DNA of 64,000 bases from Cyanidioschyzon merolae (lineage: Eukaryota): assembly GCA_000091205.1 (NCBI GenBank), contig AP006493.2; one strand, 5' to 3'. The notes beneath the pieces are model-generated. The model ran no database searches, was not told the DNA's origin, and worked only from the letters and a program-made list of their open reading frames with translations. The position numbers were made by a program, and so were the translations under genes. Shown here piece after piece: positions 35,087-44,854 of the stretch; the first letter of the stretch is position 1, and each line of letters begins with the position of its first letter.

Positions 35087-35548
35087 GTTATATTCCGCAA
35101 CGAGATCATAACCAGCAACCCCAATATCCAAGGTACCATCCTTAACTTTACGAACAATATCCGCTGGGCGTTGAAGCCAGAGCTCAACCTCGGGAAAGTG
35201 CTTGATGCTACCCACGTATTGGCGCGGGTTGCGCAGGTCCACTTCGAGGCCGCAGCTATTCAGCAGCTCAACCGCAGCTTGGTGGATCTCGCCTTTCGAG
35301 GGAATCGCGAGTCGAATCGAGTCACGAGCCTCCGCATCCGCACTCAAGCTCGTAGTTTCATTGCCTAGGTTAGCACTTGCAGCGACCTTGCAACTGCGAA
35401 GCTCACGAACGCCCTGCGCTCGCCGCACTCGCAGGCAGCGACGCGTTTCGCAGCTACCGCCACGGAGCCTAACACTCGTGACAATGGTGCTTATCCGTTG
35501 CCGCTCCTTGATGCTCGAGCGTGAGCACTGCACAACAAACGCCATCAC
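35087..35548 (-). CDS. HISG: ATP phosphoribosyltransferase HisG, exon 1 (includes a ~75-aa Ser/Arg-rich N-terminal presequence)
   Basis: IRLAIPSKGEIHQAAVELLNSCGLEV...WLQRPADIVRKVKDGTLDIGVAGYDLVAEYN matches the HisG N-terminus (LRIALPSKGRL...GxDLL). The upstream MMAFVVQCSRSSIKERQRISTIVTSVRLRGG... resembles an organellar transit peptide. Confidence 0.8.
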
Positions 35549-35794
35549 ACTCCTTTACGAACTTAATCGACCAAGGAGGCTGCGGATCAACAAGCACAGG
35601 TTGATGACTAGTCCTATGAGCGAAGCGGGGGCGCTCGTTCGTCTCCAATGTACACGCGGCCCGGGACCGGCAGCGCTGGGCGCGCATCGCATTCGCTTCG
35701 GCCGGCTATTCGCTGGTGCAGTCGCTTCGCGAATAGCAGACCGCTTTCAAAGGCAGCAAGGGCTCCGACATCACCTGTGCAGCGTCAAATAAGG

Positions 35795-37120
35795 AGACGA
35801 CACTGCTTCCTCCAATGCTGATTTTTAAATCTTTTCCAGAGTTCCTACGCTGTACAGCACCGACGTCCGACGTGCCGCTATGAAGGATAACCGATTTGTA
35901 CGTACTACGTATCGGATGCTCGCGGTGGTTGTTTCGGATTGGTTCATTCGACGCGTCGCCGCCAGCATTCGTTACCATACGAAAATCGTGATGATTCGAA
36001 ATGGGCTCGAGAAACGCACCCTAAAATAACCGATATCAGTATCTAGTGCATACAGGCGAGCCTGCGCTATCCTCCGTGACGTATTGCGCAGGTGTTCGAA
36101 TGCTGGGCTTCGAGGCACCTCGCGGGCGCAGCGTCTCGTGCGGAGAGCTCCACGGCGAGGGAGCCTTGACGTCGTCCCTTATTGGCGTGCTCGTGAGCGC
36201 ATGCCAAAAGCCCGCTCAACCTGTCACGTCAAGTTATCGAGGCCGTCCAAAATTCATCGCCGCCTCGGTTTGTGGTCATCGACGGCATGGCGTGCAGCAA
36301 CCGCTTGATAACGGTTGCGGGAAACGATCCCCAGAGGCTCCCTTGACTTCTGACTGCAGCGGAGAACGCGTATTGGACGCACACTCGAGTCGCCGCAGCG
36401 CTCGCTTCGAGTGCAGCGCGCGTCACCGCTTTGCGAGACGAAAGCGCATTCCGTCCGAGAGTTCTCGGCTTGATCTCCAGCCCGGGGACTTCCCTCTGGC
36501 TCTTGCTCCATCGAAGCGAGCAACGCCTCTCGCAAGCTCCCTATCGAACCTGTGAGCAAACGCGTGCGACAGCAGCGGGCAGAGTGAGTACTCGCCGAGT
36601 GGATCACCCGCACGGAGCCTGTGATCGCTGGGTACACCACCAGCCCCGGTAGCAGAGGAGCGCATCGACGGGAGCCTTCCTGTATCGGTCCATGGCATGC
36701 GCTGAGCAATGGGGCAAGCGCTCGTGAACCAGAGCGTCGCCCGTCGGACAAGACGGGGGCCTCGACGGACATAGCTGCACCTCTGACAGCAGCCCCAAAT
36801 CAGAGTTGCATTGAGCGCACCGGGGCTGTCTCCAGGAAGCAATGGAAACTGCGAGCGAAGCGCGAATCACAGCATTCGCTCGCTCATGGTCTGCTCCGAT
36901 AGCAGCCGGAGGCATCGAAATCGGGACTCGCACGCACTGCCATCAGCATCCTTCGACTGCTGAAGAGAGGCATGGTGGGAAATGAGCGACCGGCGTATTT
37001 GAACCTGGAGATAAGCGAGAGGCGAAGGAAGCACTCGGAGATAGAGCCAGCCACGTCCTATGCTGCCTACTGTGGGAACAGACCAAACCTTTGTCGTGCA
37101 TGAACGAGTCAGAGGATTCG
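35795..37120. repeat. Repeat A, copy 1: ~1.33 kb element, about 99% identical to copy 2 at ~41980-43304 in direct orientation
   Basis: The ORF-track peptides at 36046..36555 and 42231..42740 are near-identical, as are the pairs 36254..36772/42439..42957, 36423..36842/42608..43027 and 36604..36933/42789..43118. The nucleotide boundaries are 'agacgacactgcttcctccaatgctg' on the left and 'gagtcagaggattc' on the right. No recognisable protein domain is present. Confidence 0.9.
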
Positions 37121-37471
37121 TCCCAATTCAATCTGGTACGCATGCAAACGTTCCGCAAACTCGACGCGACATGCCTCGATTCCGTCCCGCGCTCAACGCC
37201 GCCTACTAGGCGCGTCATTCGACCATGCCGTCCAGAGCGCAATCCTGTGGCCAGCGCGAGCGTTCTAGATATATTCACTGAGGGTGTCGGTCCGCGCCAC
37301 TCGTAAACGCCGTTGCGACCCTTGTCCTGGCAGTATCTCAGCGTTTTGCTGCAAATACGAACAGCTTGAGACTTTCGACGCCGGAGCAGAACGAACTAGG
37401 CGTCCAACAAAGTCGATCGGTGGTGCCCAGATCACGGCGAGTTCAGCGCTGCAACAGCTTGCCCGCAAACC

Positions 37472-38560
37472 ATGCTCGGCGGTTTCGGTGACTTTTTCTT
37501 GCTTGTGGGTGTGACCCTAGGATCCATCCTGCTTAACCTCTTCTTTCTCATTCTGTCCCCGGTGATTGTGCTGTACGTAAAATACGGGGGCGTTGGGAAC
37601 CGTCTGAAGCGGCAGATGCCACTACCACGGGTTCCGCGGTGCGTTTTCATCACCGGCGCGTCATCCGGTGTTGGCGAGGCGCTCGCCTACGAGTATTGCA
37701 AGCGAGCGCGCAAGCAACAGGTTCAGGACCTTGTGCTTTATCTGACTGGTCGAAATGCGACACGGCTCGACCAGGTGTGTGAACGGTGTCGGGAACTCGG
37801 GGCGAGTAAAGTGCATGCCCTAGTCGTGGACGTTGCCGACGAGGCAGCGATGCGTGAGGCGATCACCAAAGCCGACCAAGAACGCCCACTTGATCTCGTC
37901 ATCGCAAACGCCGGTGTATCCGTGACGAATACAGGACTCATGGAGGAAAGCAAGTCAGGCGCTACTGGCTATGAGAGGTCCAAGAAGCTACTTGACGTGA
38001 ACATATACGGTGCCCTGTACACGATCTGGCCGGCGCTGGACTGCATGATCGCACGTCAGCGCGGAGGCCAAATCGCGATTAACGCAAGCATTGCGTCGTA
38101 CATTGCGGGTCCGCTGAATATGTCATACTCTGCGAGCAAAGCCGCAGTTCGATTCTACGGAGAGTCATTGCGCACCGCGATGGCACCATTGGGCATCCGA
38201 GTGAATACGATCCTGCTGGGATTCGTTGAGTCGCGGATGACGGAGCCGTTGAAGAATAGACATGGCCGTTTGCCCTTCGCCAAAAGCGCTGAAGAAGCGG
38301 CTACATCGCTTGCGAATCAAATAGAGCGTGATGTGGGCGTCATCGAATACCCTGCATGGCCATTCGGTGTGCTCGGTGAATGGCTGAATGCCGCCCCGCC
38401 CCTCGTCCGAGAATGGATATGGAGTATGGTGATGGGCCGTATGGTGACGCGCGCGGAACGGAAATTGAGAAAGCGTCAAGCAGCAGATGTGAACATCGCC
38501 GACAGCGGAACCTCGACCAAGTACGCGATCTTGACACGCCTTGTGGAGAAGCTTATCTAA
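37472..38560 (+). CDS. Short-chain dehydrogenase/reductase (SDR) with an N-terminal membrane anchor
   Basis: VFITGASSGVGEALAYEY is a TGxxxGxG NAD(P)-binding motif. NAG is present, and the catalytic YSASKAAV (YxxxK) is preceded by Ser. A hydrophobic N-terminus is present. Confidence 0.85.
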   Translation: MLGGFGDFFLLVGVTLGSILLNLFFLILSPVIVLYVKYGGVGNRLKRQMPLPRVPRCVFITGASSGVGEALAYEYCKRARKQQVQDLVLYLTGRNATRLDQVCERCRELGASKVHALVVDVADEAAMREAITKADQERPLDLVIANAGVSVTNTGLMEESKSGATGYERSKKLLDVNIYGALYTIWPALDCMIARQRGGQIAINASIASYIAGPLNMSYSASKAAVRFYGESLRTAMAPLGIRVNTILLGFVESRMTEPLKNRHGRLPFAKSAEEAATSLANQIERDVGVIEYPAWPFGVLGEWLNAAPPLVREWIWSMVMGRMVTRAERKLRKRQAADVNIADSGTSTKYAILTRLVEKLI

Positions 38561-39934
38561 ATGCACAGATCAGCATCCTTGACGTGAGCAGGTCGAGCGA
38601 CAACAGCGTTTCCGGGAAAGACGTCCACGGCGATGCGCGAATTCGGCACTGCGCGACCCGGCGGTGATCGCTGCCGGACACGTGTCCACGTATCCGTGGC
38701 TTGCGTGCGCGCGATGCGTGCATCGGGAGCGCTTCCCGTATTGTTCGCGACAAGTTTTTCGACATTGCCATGCGCATGGATACATGCATCATTGCAACTG
38801 CGCATGCCTTCCATGGAGCGGTTACGAGGCGGGACTTGATGGACGTCAGATCATAGACTACGGTTGCGAGGCTGGATCGTGGCGAGAGCGCAAGCGCTTG
38901 TAAGCGTGATGAGATAAATTCAAGTGGTATTGCGTCTGGGCACTTTGGATTCCTCGATAAGCACTGCAGTCAGCGCGATGCTATGTGAACTGGGCCCCCA
39001 TCAAGGGAATTCTCTGACGGTGAGGTCATTTTTATGAAAAGCATCTCTGCACGGTTCTCTTCTCGCGAGCGCTCCTAGGCGTGGATCTGTGCGGTTCCAT
39101 CGAGGTGGCACTGGAACCGTGTTGTTTGCGTTGAAATTTCGGTCGCGGTCAATCCGACAAAAGAACTGCTTTAGGATATCGGTCTGAGCACCGCAGCACT
39201 GAGCATTGACGGTCGTCGGGCGCGAACTTACATGCAGGCCTTCGATTTTTCGATGATGCTCGCATTGGATATGCAGGTAACGAGCCCAAAAGTGGTCTAA
39301 ATAGCGCTGCGGATTTTGCGGGAACTGCAGCGGAAAGCTGCGCAGTGCACGCGGACTCGTGAAAGCCACCTCGTGCCTAATGCTCAAGCCAGCACGCTTT
39401 TTCTTGGAAAAAAGTGCCCGCGTTGCGACTGTTTACCAGAATCGTATCGACGGGCTTTCATCAAGTGTCTGGGATCATTCCGGGCGGCAGCATGCATTTG
39501 GCTGCTTCGAAAGTACTTTTCGTGATACGCGACTACATTCCCATGAACCAAAACCCCCAGCAAGTTCATTCTTTGCGTCACGTTACAGTGCCTGCAGTCA
39601 CAATAATGCCTGAGATCATTGCCACAGTGCTCCGCGATGCATTTTTCTGTGGCGAGTACGCGCCCCGGCAGGCGTCGCAAGTTCCAGTGGCACTCTCGGC
39701 TAGCGTTGTCGACCACCGGCATGCGCTAGACAGCCCCAGGACGGGATCGCCAACCGCTGACGGTTCCGATTCCGAAACATCTGCAGCGATTCCAGGCATA
39801 TTTCATCTACAAGAACGTATCGCCAAGGCGTGCTAGCCCAGTGCCTTCACTCAACGAGGACGAATTATTGTCCAGGATACATCTGGTTTCGTCATGCTTT
39901 CATCTGTACAATCGCTGGTATGCGGGAGACGCTC

Positions 39935-41101
39935 CTACACCGCAGTGTCCTCCTGCATAGCGGAAACATCCAGTCGCATGTTCACTTCCTTCGCGAGCCC
40001 CGTGCTCTCAGGTACGCCAGGCCCGGTGGCAGGTGTGTGTTCGCTTTGGGCATCGGCTTCCGCCGATGCAGTATCAAATTTGGTGCTGGTACTTGGTTGC
40101 TGTTGCCTGTACCGCTGATATAGAAATACACCTACGACGCATACGGCGTAACCGCTGAGGTTCAGCCACGAAATGCGGTTCCGAAACGTTATCCAAGAGA
40201 CGCCGATCACCACGGCCGTCTTTACCGTTCCAAGCACGGTGGAGGTTAGGGCACTACTGCGATCTATGAGCAAGATATCCCCAAAATTCAGCCCAACAGC
40301 GAGCAGGCCACCGGCAATAAGAATCAAAATCGTTTCGATCACGTACAGCGCATCTTTGAGCAGCGCATCGTGACGCATTCGGGTCGTCCCGATGGCTAAC
40401 GCTGCTGGCAGAAGCGTTACAAAAGAGATCGGCGCTTGATAATAGAGAATTTGTATTGGACTAAGGCCCACGGCACTATGCAGTTTGCCCTCGGCACCAT
40501 ACCGAAGAAGCAGCTGCTGTTCAATCAAACGCGCGGAGCCGCATAATACGGCCAGTAATTCTAGCGCGAAACCAACTGGATGAAAGTTCATTTCACCAAC
40601 CGTCGCGACCGCTAAACCGACACTAATGATGACGACGATAGCCAACAAGACACCAGAACGCTGCTCTAGTCCAGCGGCGAGTCCGAAGAGCAAAACCGAT
40701 GCCGGCATGCTGCTCTTAATCATTTCCACGAACGAGGCTTCCAGGAAAAGGTAGCCGGCATTGGTGAACACGATATCAAGCGCGACAAAAAGACCGACAA
40801 GCAGCAAGCGAGGTTTGCGGTACGGCTTGTCGATCGTCGGTCGCGAGCTTGGTACGCACCACATATAGAATTGAGTCGCGAGGGAAAGAAAGAGCATATG
40901 GAAACAGGTGACCACGAGAGGGTACGGGAAGCCCCAGCCGAGGCATCGGCCAGCCGTCCGTGAGGTCTGCCGCTCCTCGGCGGCACAGTTTGTAAACAAC
41001 CACTTGTTGTAGATCACTAGAGAAGTTGAAAACGAGTAAGCAAGCACCACTGCTTTCAGCAGCTGTACAGCTTGCTCACGTCGTGGAGGCGTCGTCATCA
41101 C
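39935..41101 (-). CDS. SLC35 / triose-phosphate-transporter (TPT) family nucleotide-sugar or phosphate transporter (DMT superfamily)
   Basis: About 10 TM helices. The N-terminal KAVVLAYSFSTSLVIYNKWLF is typical of the TPT/SLC35 domain, and there is a duplicated EamA-like half. Confidence 0.75.
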   Translation of the reverse strand: MMTTPPRREQAVQLLKAVVLAYSFSTSLVIYNKWLFTNCAAEERQTSRTAGRCLGWGFPYPLVVTCFHMLFLSLATQFYMWCVPSSRPTIDKPYRKPRLLLVGLFVALDIVFTNAGYLFLEASFVEMIKSSMPASVLLFGLAAGLEQRSGVLLAIVVIISVGLAVATVGEMNFHPVGFALELLAVLCGSARLIEQQLLLRYGAEGKLHSAVGLSPIQILYYQAPISFVTLLPAALAIGTTRMRHDALLKDALYVIETILILIAGGLLAVGLNFGDILLIDRSSALTSTVLGTVKTAVVIGVSWITFRNRISWLNLSGYAVCVVGVFLYQRYRQQQPSTSTKFDTASAEADAQSEHTPATGPGVPESTGLAKEVNMRLDVSAMQEDTAV

Positions 41102-41534
41102 TAGTCGCCCATGCGTACACGCAATCCTAAGCAGCGTGCGCGCAAACGGAAACCGCTCGCGATAGATGCGGACGTTGTGCGAGCACCTCTAAAACCAAAC
41201 CAGGTTGCACACTCAAAGTGTGCCTGCACCGCCTTGCATAAACTGCCTGCAAGCGCCACCCAAAGCTACAGTGGCTGTCGGGGCGACGCCCTGCCGCTCT
41301 CGCTCCCTGTACGGCGCCGCGGAGTGCAACAGTCCAATAGGCCTCCAACGTTTACGCGCTACTGGAGAGCGTCTTCCCGTTGCAGAGCAAATTTTGAAAC
41401 AGCTTCCCGCCCTGCTGCTGTATCAACCTCGCTTAAGAGCAACTGCTTTGTGCTACGAAGAATGCAGGACGTATACGTCTCCACAGCAAAACCGACGCAT
41501 AGCGCACATGCGGAGCGTCCAGCACAGTCGGCAA

Positions 41535-41805
41535 ATTCTTTTTCATGGACAAAACGTGTCCATGGGCCAGCGGTCTCCGATTGTGCGCTTTTTCCTTTCT
41601 TTTCTTTTTTGTCAGCGTGCGGTGAAGTATCCATCAAACCGCCTGCTTCCAAGTTACATTATCCATACTTCTTCTCGGATATTCTGGTCGTTTGGTTCGT
41701 TCTATTGTGTGCCGAGCGCCTGCTTTGTTGGCCCGCAATGCCGCCTATAGCGCCGGTGCGGTCTCTGCGCCGAGGCAGAACACGGCGTTGCCGTACCACA
41801 CAGAG
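41535..41805. repeat. Dispersed repeat family D, copy 2 (directly abutting repeat A copy 2)
   Basis: See copy 1; it aligns to ~15850-16125 at about 85% identity in the same orientation. Confidence 0.7.
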
Positions 41806-41979
41806 GACATCGGTTCGGAAGCAGTCGGTCAATGCGTGACGCTTTCGGGTCGTGTGCAAGCAACGAGCGCACCTGCGCTCTTTGGAGCGCATGCTTGCTG
41901 CCTGGTGCGGGATTCAAGGATCGATGGATTCGAGGCAGCACCCGACTCGAATACGCTGGACAAAGGTTGGATGTATGGA

Positions 41980-43304
41980 AGACGACACTGCTTCCTCCAA
42001 TGCTGCTTTTTAAATCTTTTCCAGAGTTCCTACGCTGTACAGCACCGACGTCCGACGTGCCACTATGAAGGATAACCGATTTGTACGTACTACGTATCGG
42101 ATGCTCGCGGTGGTTGTTTCGGATTGGTTCATTCGACGCGTCGCCGCCAGCATTCGTTACCATACGAAAATCGTGATGATTCGAAATGGGCTCGAGAAAC
42201 GCACCCTAAAATAATCGATATCAGTATCCAATGCATACAGGCGAGCCTGCGCTATCCTCCGTGACGTATTGCGCAGGTGTTCGATTGCTGGGCTTCGAGG
42301 CACCTCGCGGGTGCAGCGTCTCGTGCGCAGAGCTCCACGGCGAGGGAGCCTTGACGTCGTCCCTTATTGGCGTGCTCGTGAGCGCATGCCAAAAGCCCGC
42401 TCAACCTGTCACGTCAAGTTATCGAGGCCGTCCAAAATTCATCGCCGCCTCGGTTTGTGGTCATCGACGGCATGGCGTGCAGCAACCGCTTGATAACGGT
42501 TGCGGGAAACGATCCCCAGAGGCTCCCTTGACTTCTGACTGCAGCGGAGAACGCGTATTGGACGCACACTCGAGTCGTCGCAGCGATCGCTTCGAGTGCA
42601 GCGCGCGTCACCGCTTTGCGAGACGAAAGCGCATTCCGTCCGAGAGTTCTCGGCTTGATCTCCAGCCCGGGGACTTCCCTCTGGCTCTTGCTCCATCGAA
42701 GCGAGCAACGCCTCTCGCAAGCTCCCTATCGAACCTGTGAGCAAACGCGTGCGACAGCAGCGGGCAGAGTGAGTACTCGCCGAGTGGATCACCCGCACGG
42801 AGCCTGTGATCGCTGGGTACACCACCAGCCCCGGTAGCAGAGGAGCGCATCGACGGGAGCCTTCCTGTATCGGTCCATGGCATGCGCTGAGCAATGGGGC
42901 AAGCGCTCGTGAACCAGAGCGTCGCCCGTCGGACAAGACGGGGGCCTCGACGGACATAGCTGCACCTCTGACAGCAGCCCCAAATCAGAGTTGCATTGAG
43001 CGCACCGGGGCTGTCTCCAGGAAGCAATGGAAACTGCGAGCGAAGCGCGAATCACAGCATTCGCTCGCTCATGGTCTGCTCCGATAGCAGCCGGAGGCAT
43101 CGAAATCGGGACTCGCACGCACTGCCATCAGCATCCTTCGACTGCTGAAGAGAGGCATGGTGGGAAATGAGCGACCGGCGTATTTGAACCTGGAGATAAG
43201 CGAGAGGCGAAGGAAGCACTCGGAGATAGAGCCAGCCACGTCCTATGCTGCCTACTGTGGGAACAGACCAAACCTTTGTCGTGTATGAACGAGTCAGAGG
43301 ATTC
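41980..43304. repeat. Repeat A, copy 2 (~1.33 kb, about 99% identical to copy 1)
   Basis: See copy 1. Only a handful of substitutions differ, for example R/C and G/A in the 169-aa ORF peptides. Confidence 0.9.
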
Positions 43305-44854
43305 CGTCAATGGTATTATGACTTGCATGTATGCGTGCATGCAAATAGTCTGATACCAGAGAAGCCGCCATCTTCTCTCTCTAAGTGCGACGACGCTCCG
43401 CTCATTTCTAGAGCAGAATACCCGTCAGGAATGGATGCTCGACCGATCTCGCGATAATCCAGGTGCTGCACCTCTGTCGGGCTCACGCATATGCTTCTAA
43501 TGCAGGCACAGGGCAGCGACTGAAGCGCTTCGCCAGACGCTGGTTGTGCGCTTGCCAGGTCACGCACACTCGTCTCATACGGTGCGAACTCCATGCATTC
43601 ATCGAGCTTTCCCCGGTGTACCCAAATGCTGCTGGTGGCCACACAAGAGACCTCGGGTTCACCATGAGCGTTTCAACGTGTCTCGCACTCCATACTGGTG
43701 CTCTCCTCGGAATTCGAGCTGAGATGTATCCTGTGAGGATTCAGTTGCGGCACCTTACGCGACCACCGATGAATACCTGGTGCTTGCGTAATGCCGTGTG
43801 CGGGCGCTGACACGAACTGCAGTATGCTTCTGTGCGAGGCCAGCATGTGCCGTATTCCTGGAATCCAACAGGATGCGTAGCCAGGATACACTCATGTGCT
43901 ATGCTTTCGTGCCGAAAAGCTTCCCATCGTATATGTGTACCGCTCGCAGTGCCGATCACAAGCGCAGTGCTGTGGCGACAAGGGATCAAACATCGTGCCG
44001 TACTGTCGCGGTTTCGCCTCTGATGTGAACGGCGTTTCCGACTCAACGAGCCGCCGCCAGTCTCCCGTGAGCCGCTGCCTTTCTTCATGCGGTCGAGAGC
44101 CAGTCGCGATCAAGGCTCTTTGCGTACATCGAGGCAATGCCTGATTCTTTTGCAAAAATGCAGTGTGTCGATGACATGCTGGGGCTTCCAACCGCCACCT
44201 ACCGCGTCGGTGTCTGAGTATGTATGTGGTCAGTGATGCAGAAAACGCTCTGCGACACTAGAGCGTAATGATACATACACTTACAGACGCCTCCAGTCCT
44301 TCTTTGACCCGCTGACTGCTATAGATTTTGTTTTATCCAGGCAGAGAACGACCCTGAGAGGCTGCCACACCAAGTCGCATAGCGACAGCTTCCCGGTTCT
44401 CGCCTCGAGCAGTACACTTTACATGATATGGATGGCGGCGTTGATGTCCCGGTTCACGTACTCCTTGCGTTTATTGCCTGGAGTGGAACTCGCCTTTGCA
44501 AGGATTGTTTGACCTCGTGCACTCTGCGCCACTACAAGCTCATCATTATCCTGCCGTGCTGGCACCGTTTCTCGCCTATCTCCTCTCTCTTTTTCTTCGT
44601 CTCCTTCGCTCGATCATCGGTGAGAAGAGGATTTTTCCGTTTTTGTCGAACCCGGCGATGACGGGCATCTAGGATCTTCCACTTCTATGCCCATCGCTTT
44701 CCCTTAGACTTTATATTTCTTCAAATGAACGTACATCGAACCCATCTACTATAAACCGTGAAAAAGCAGTTGGTTACTGTATTCTAGAGGTGGAACACCA
44801 TTGCGTTGAAAGACTAAACGTTAGCCGTCAGGCACTTTCAGTTGAGCGCGCGCG

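Noticed and set aside
35795-43304. Full-length LTR retrotransposon (1.3 kb LTRs plus a 4.9 kb interior)
   Set aside because: I found no TG...CA termini, PBS or PPT. The interior encodes an SDR and an SLC35 transporter rather than gag/pol. Geometry alone is not sufficient.
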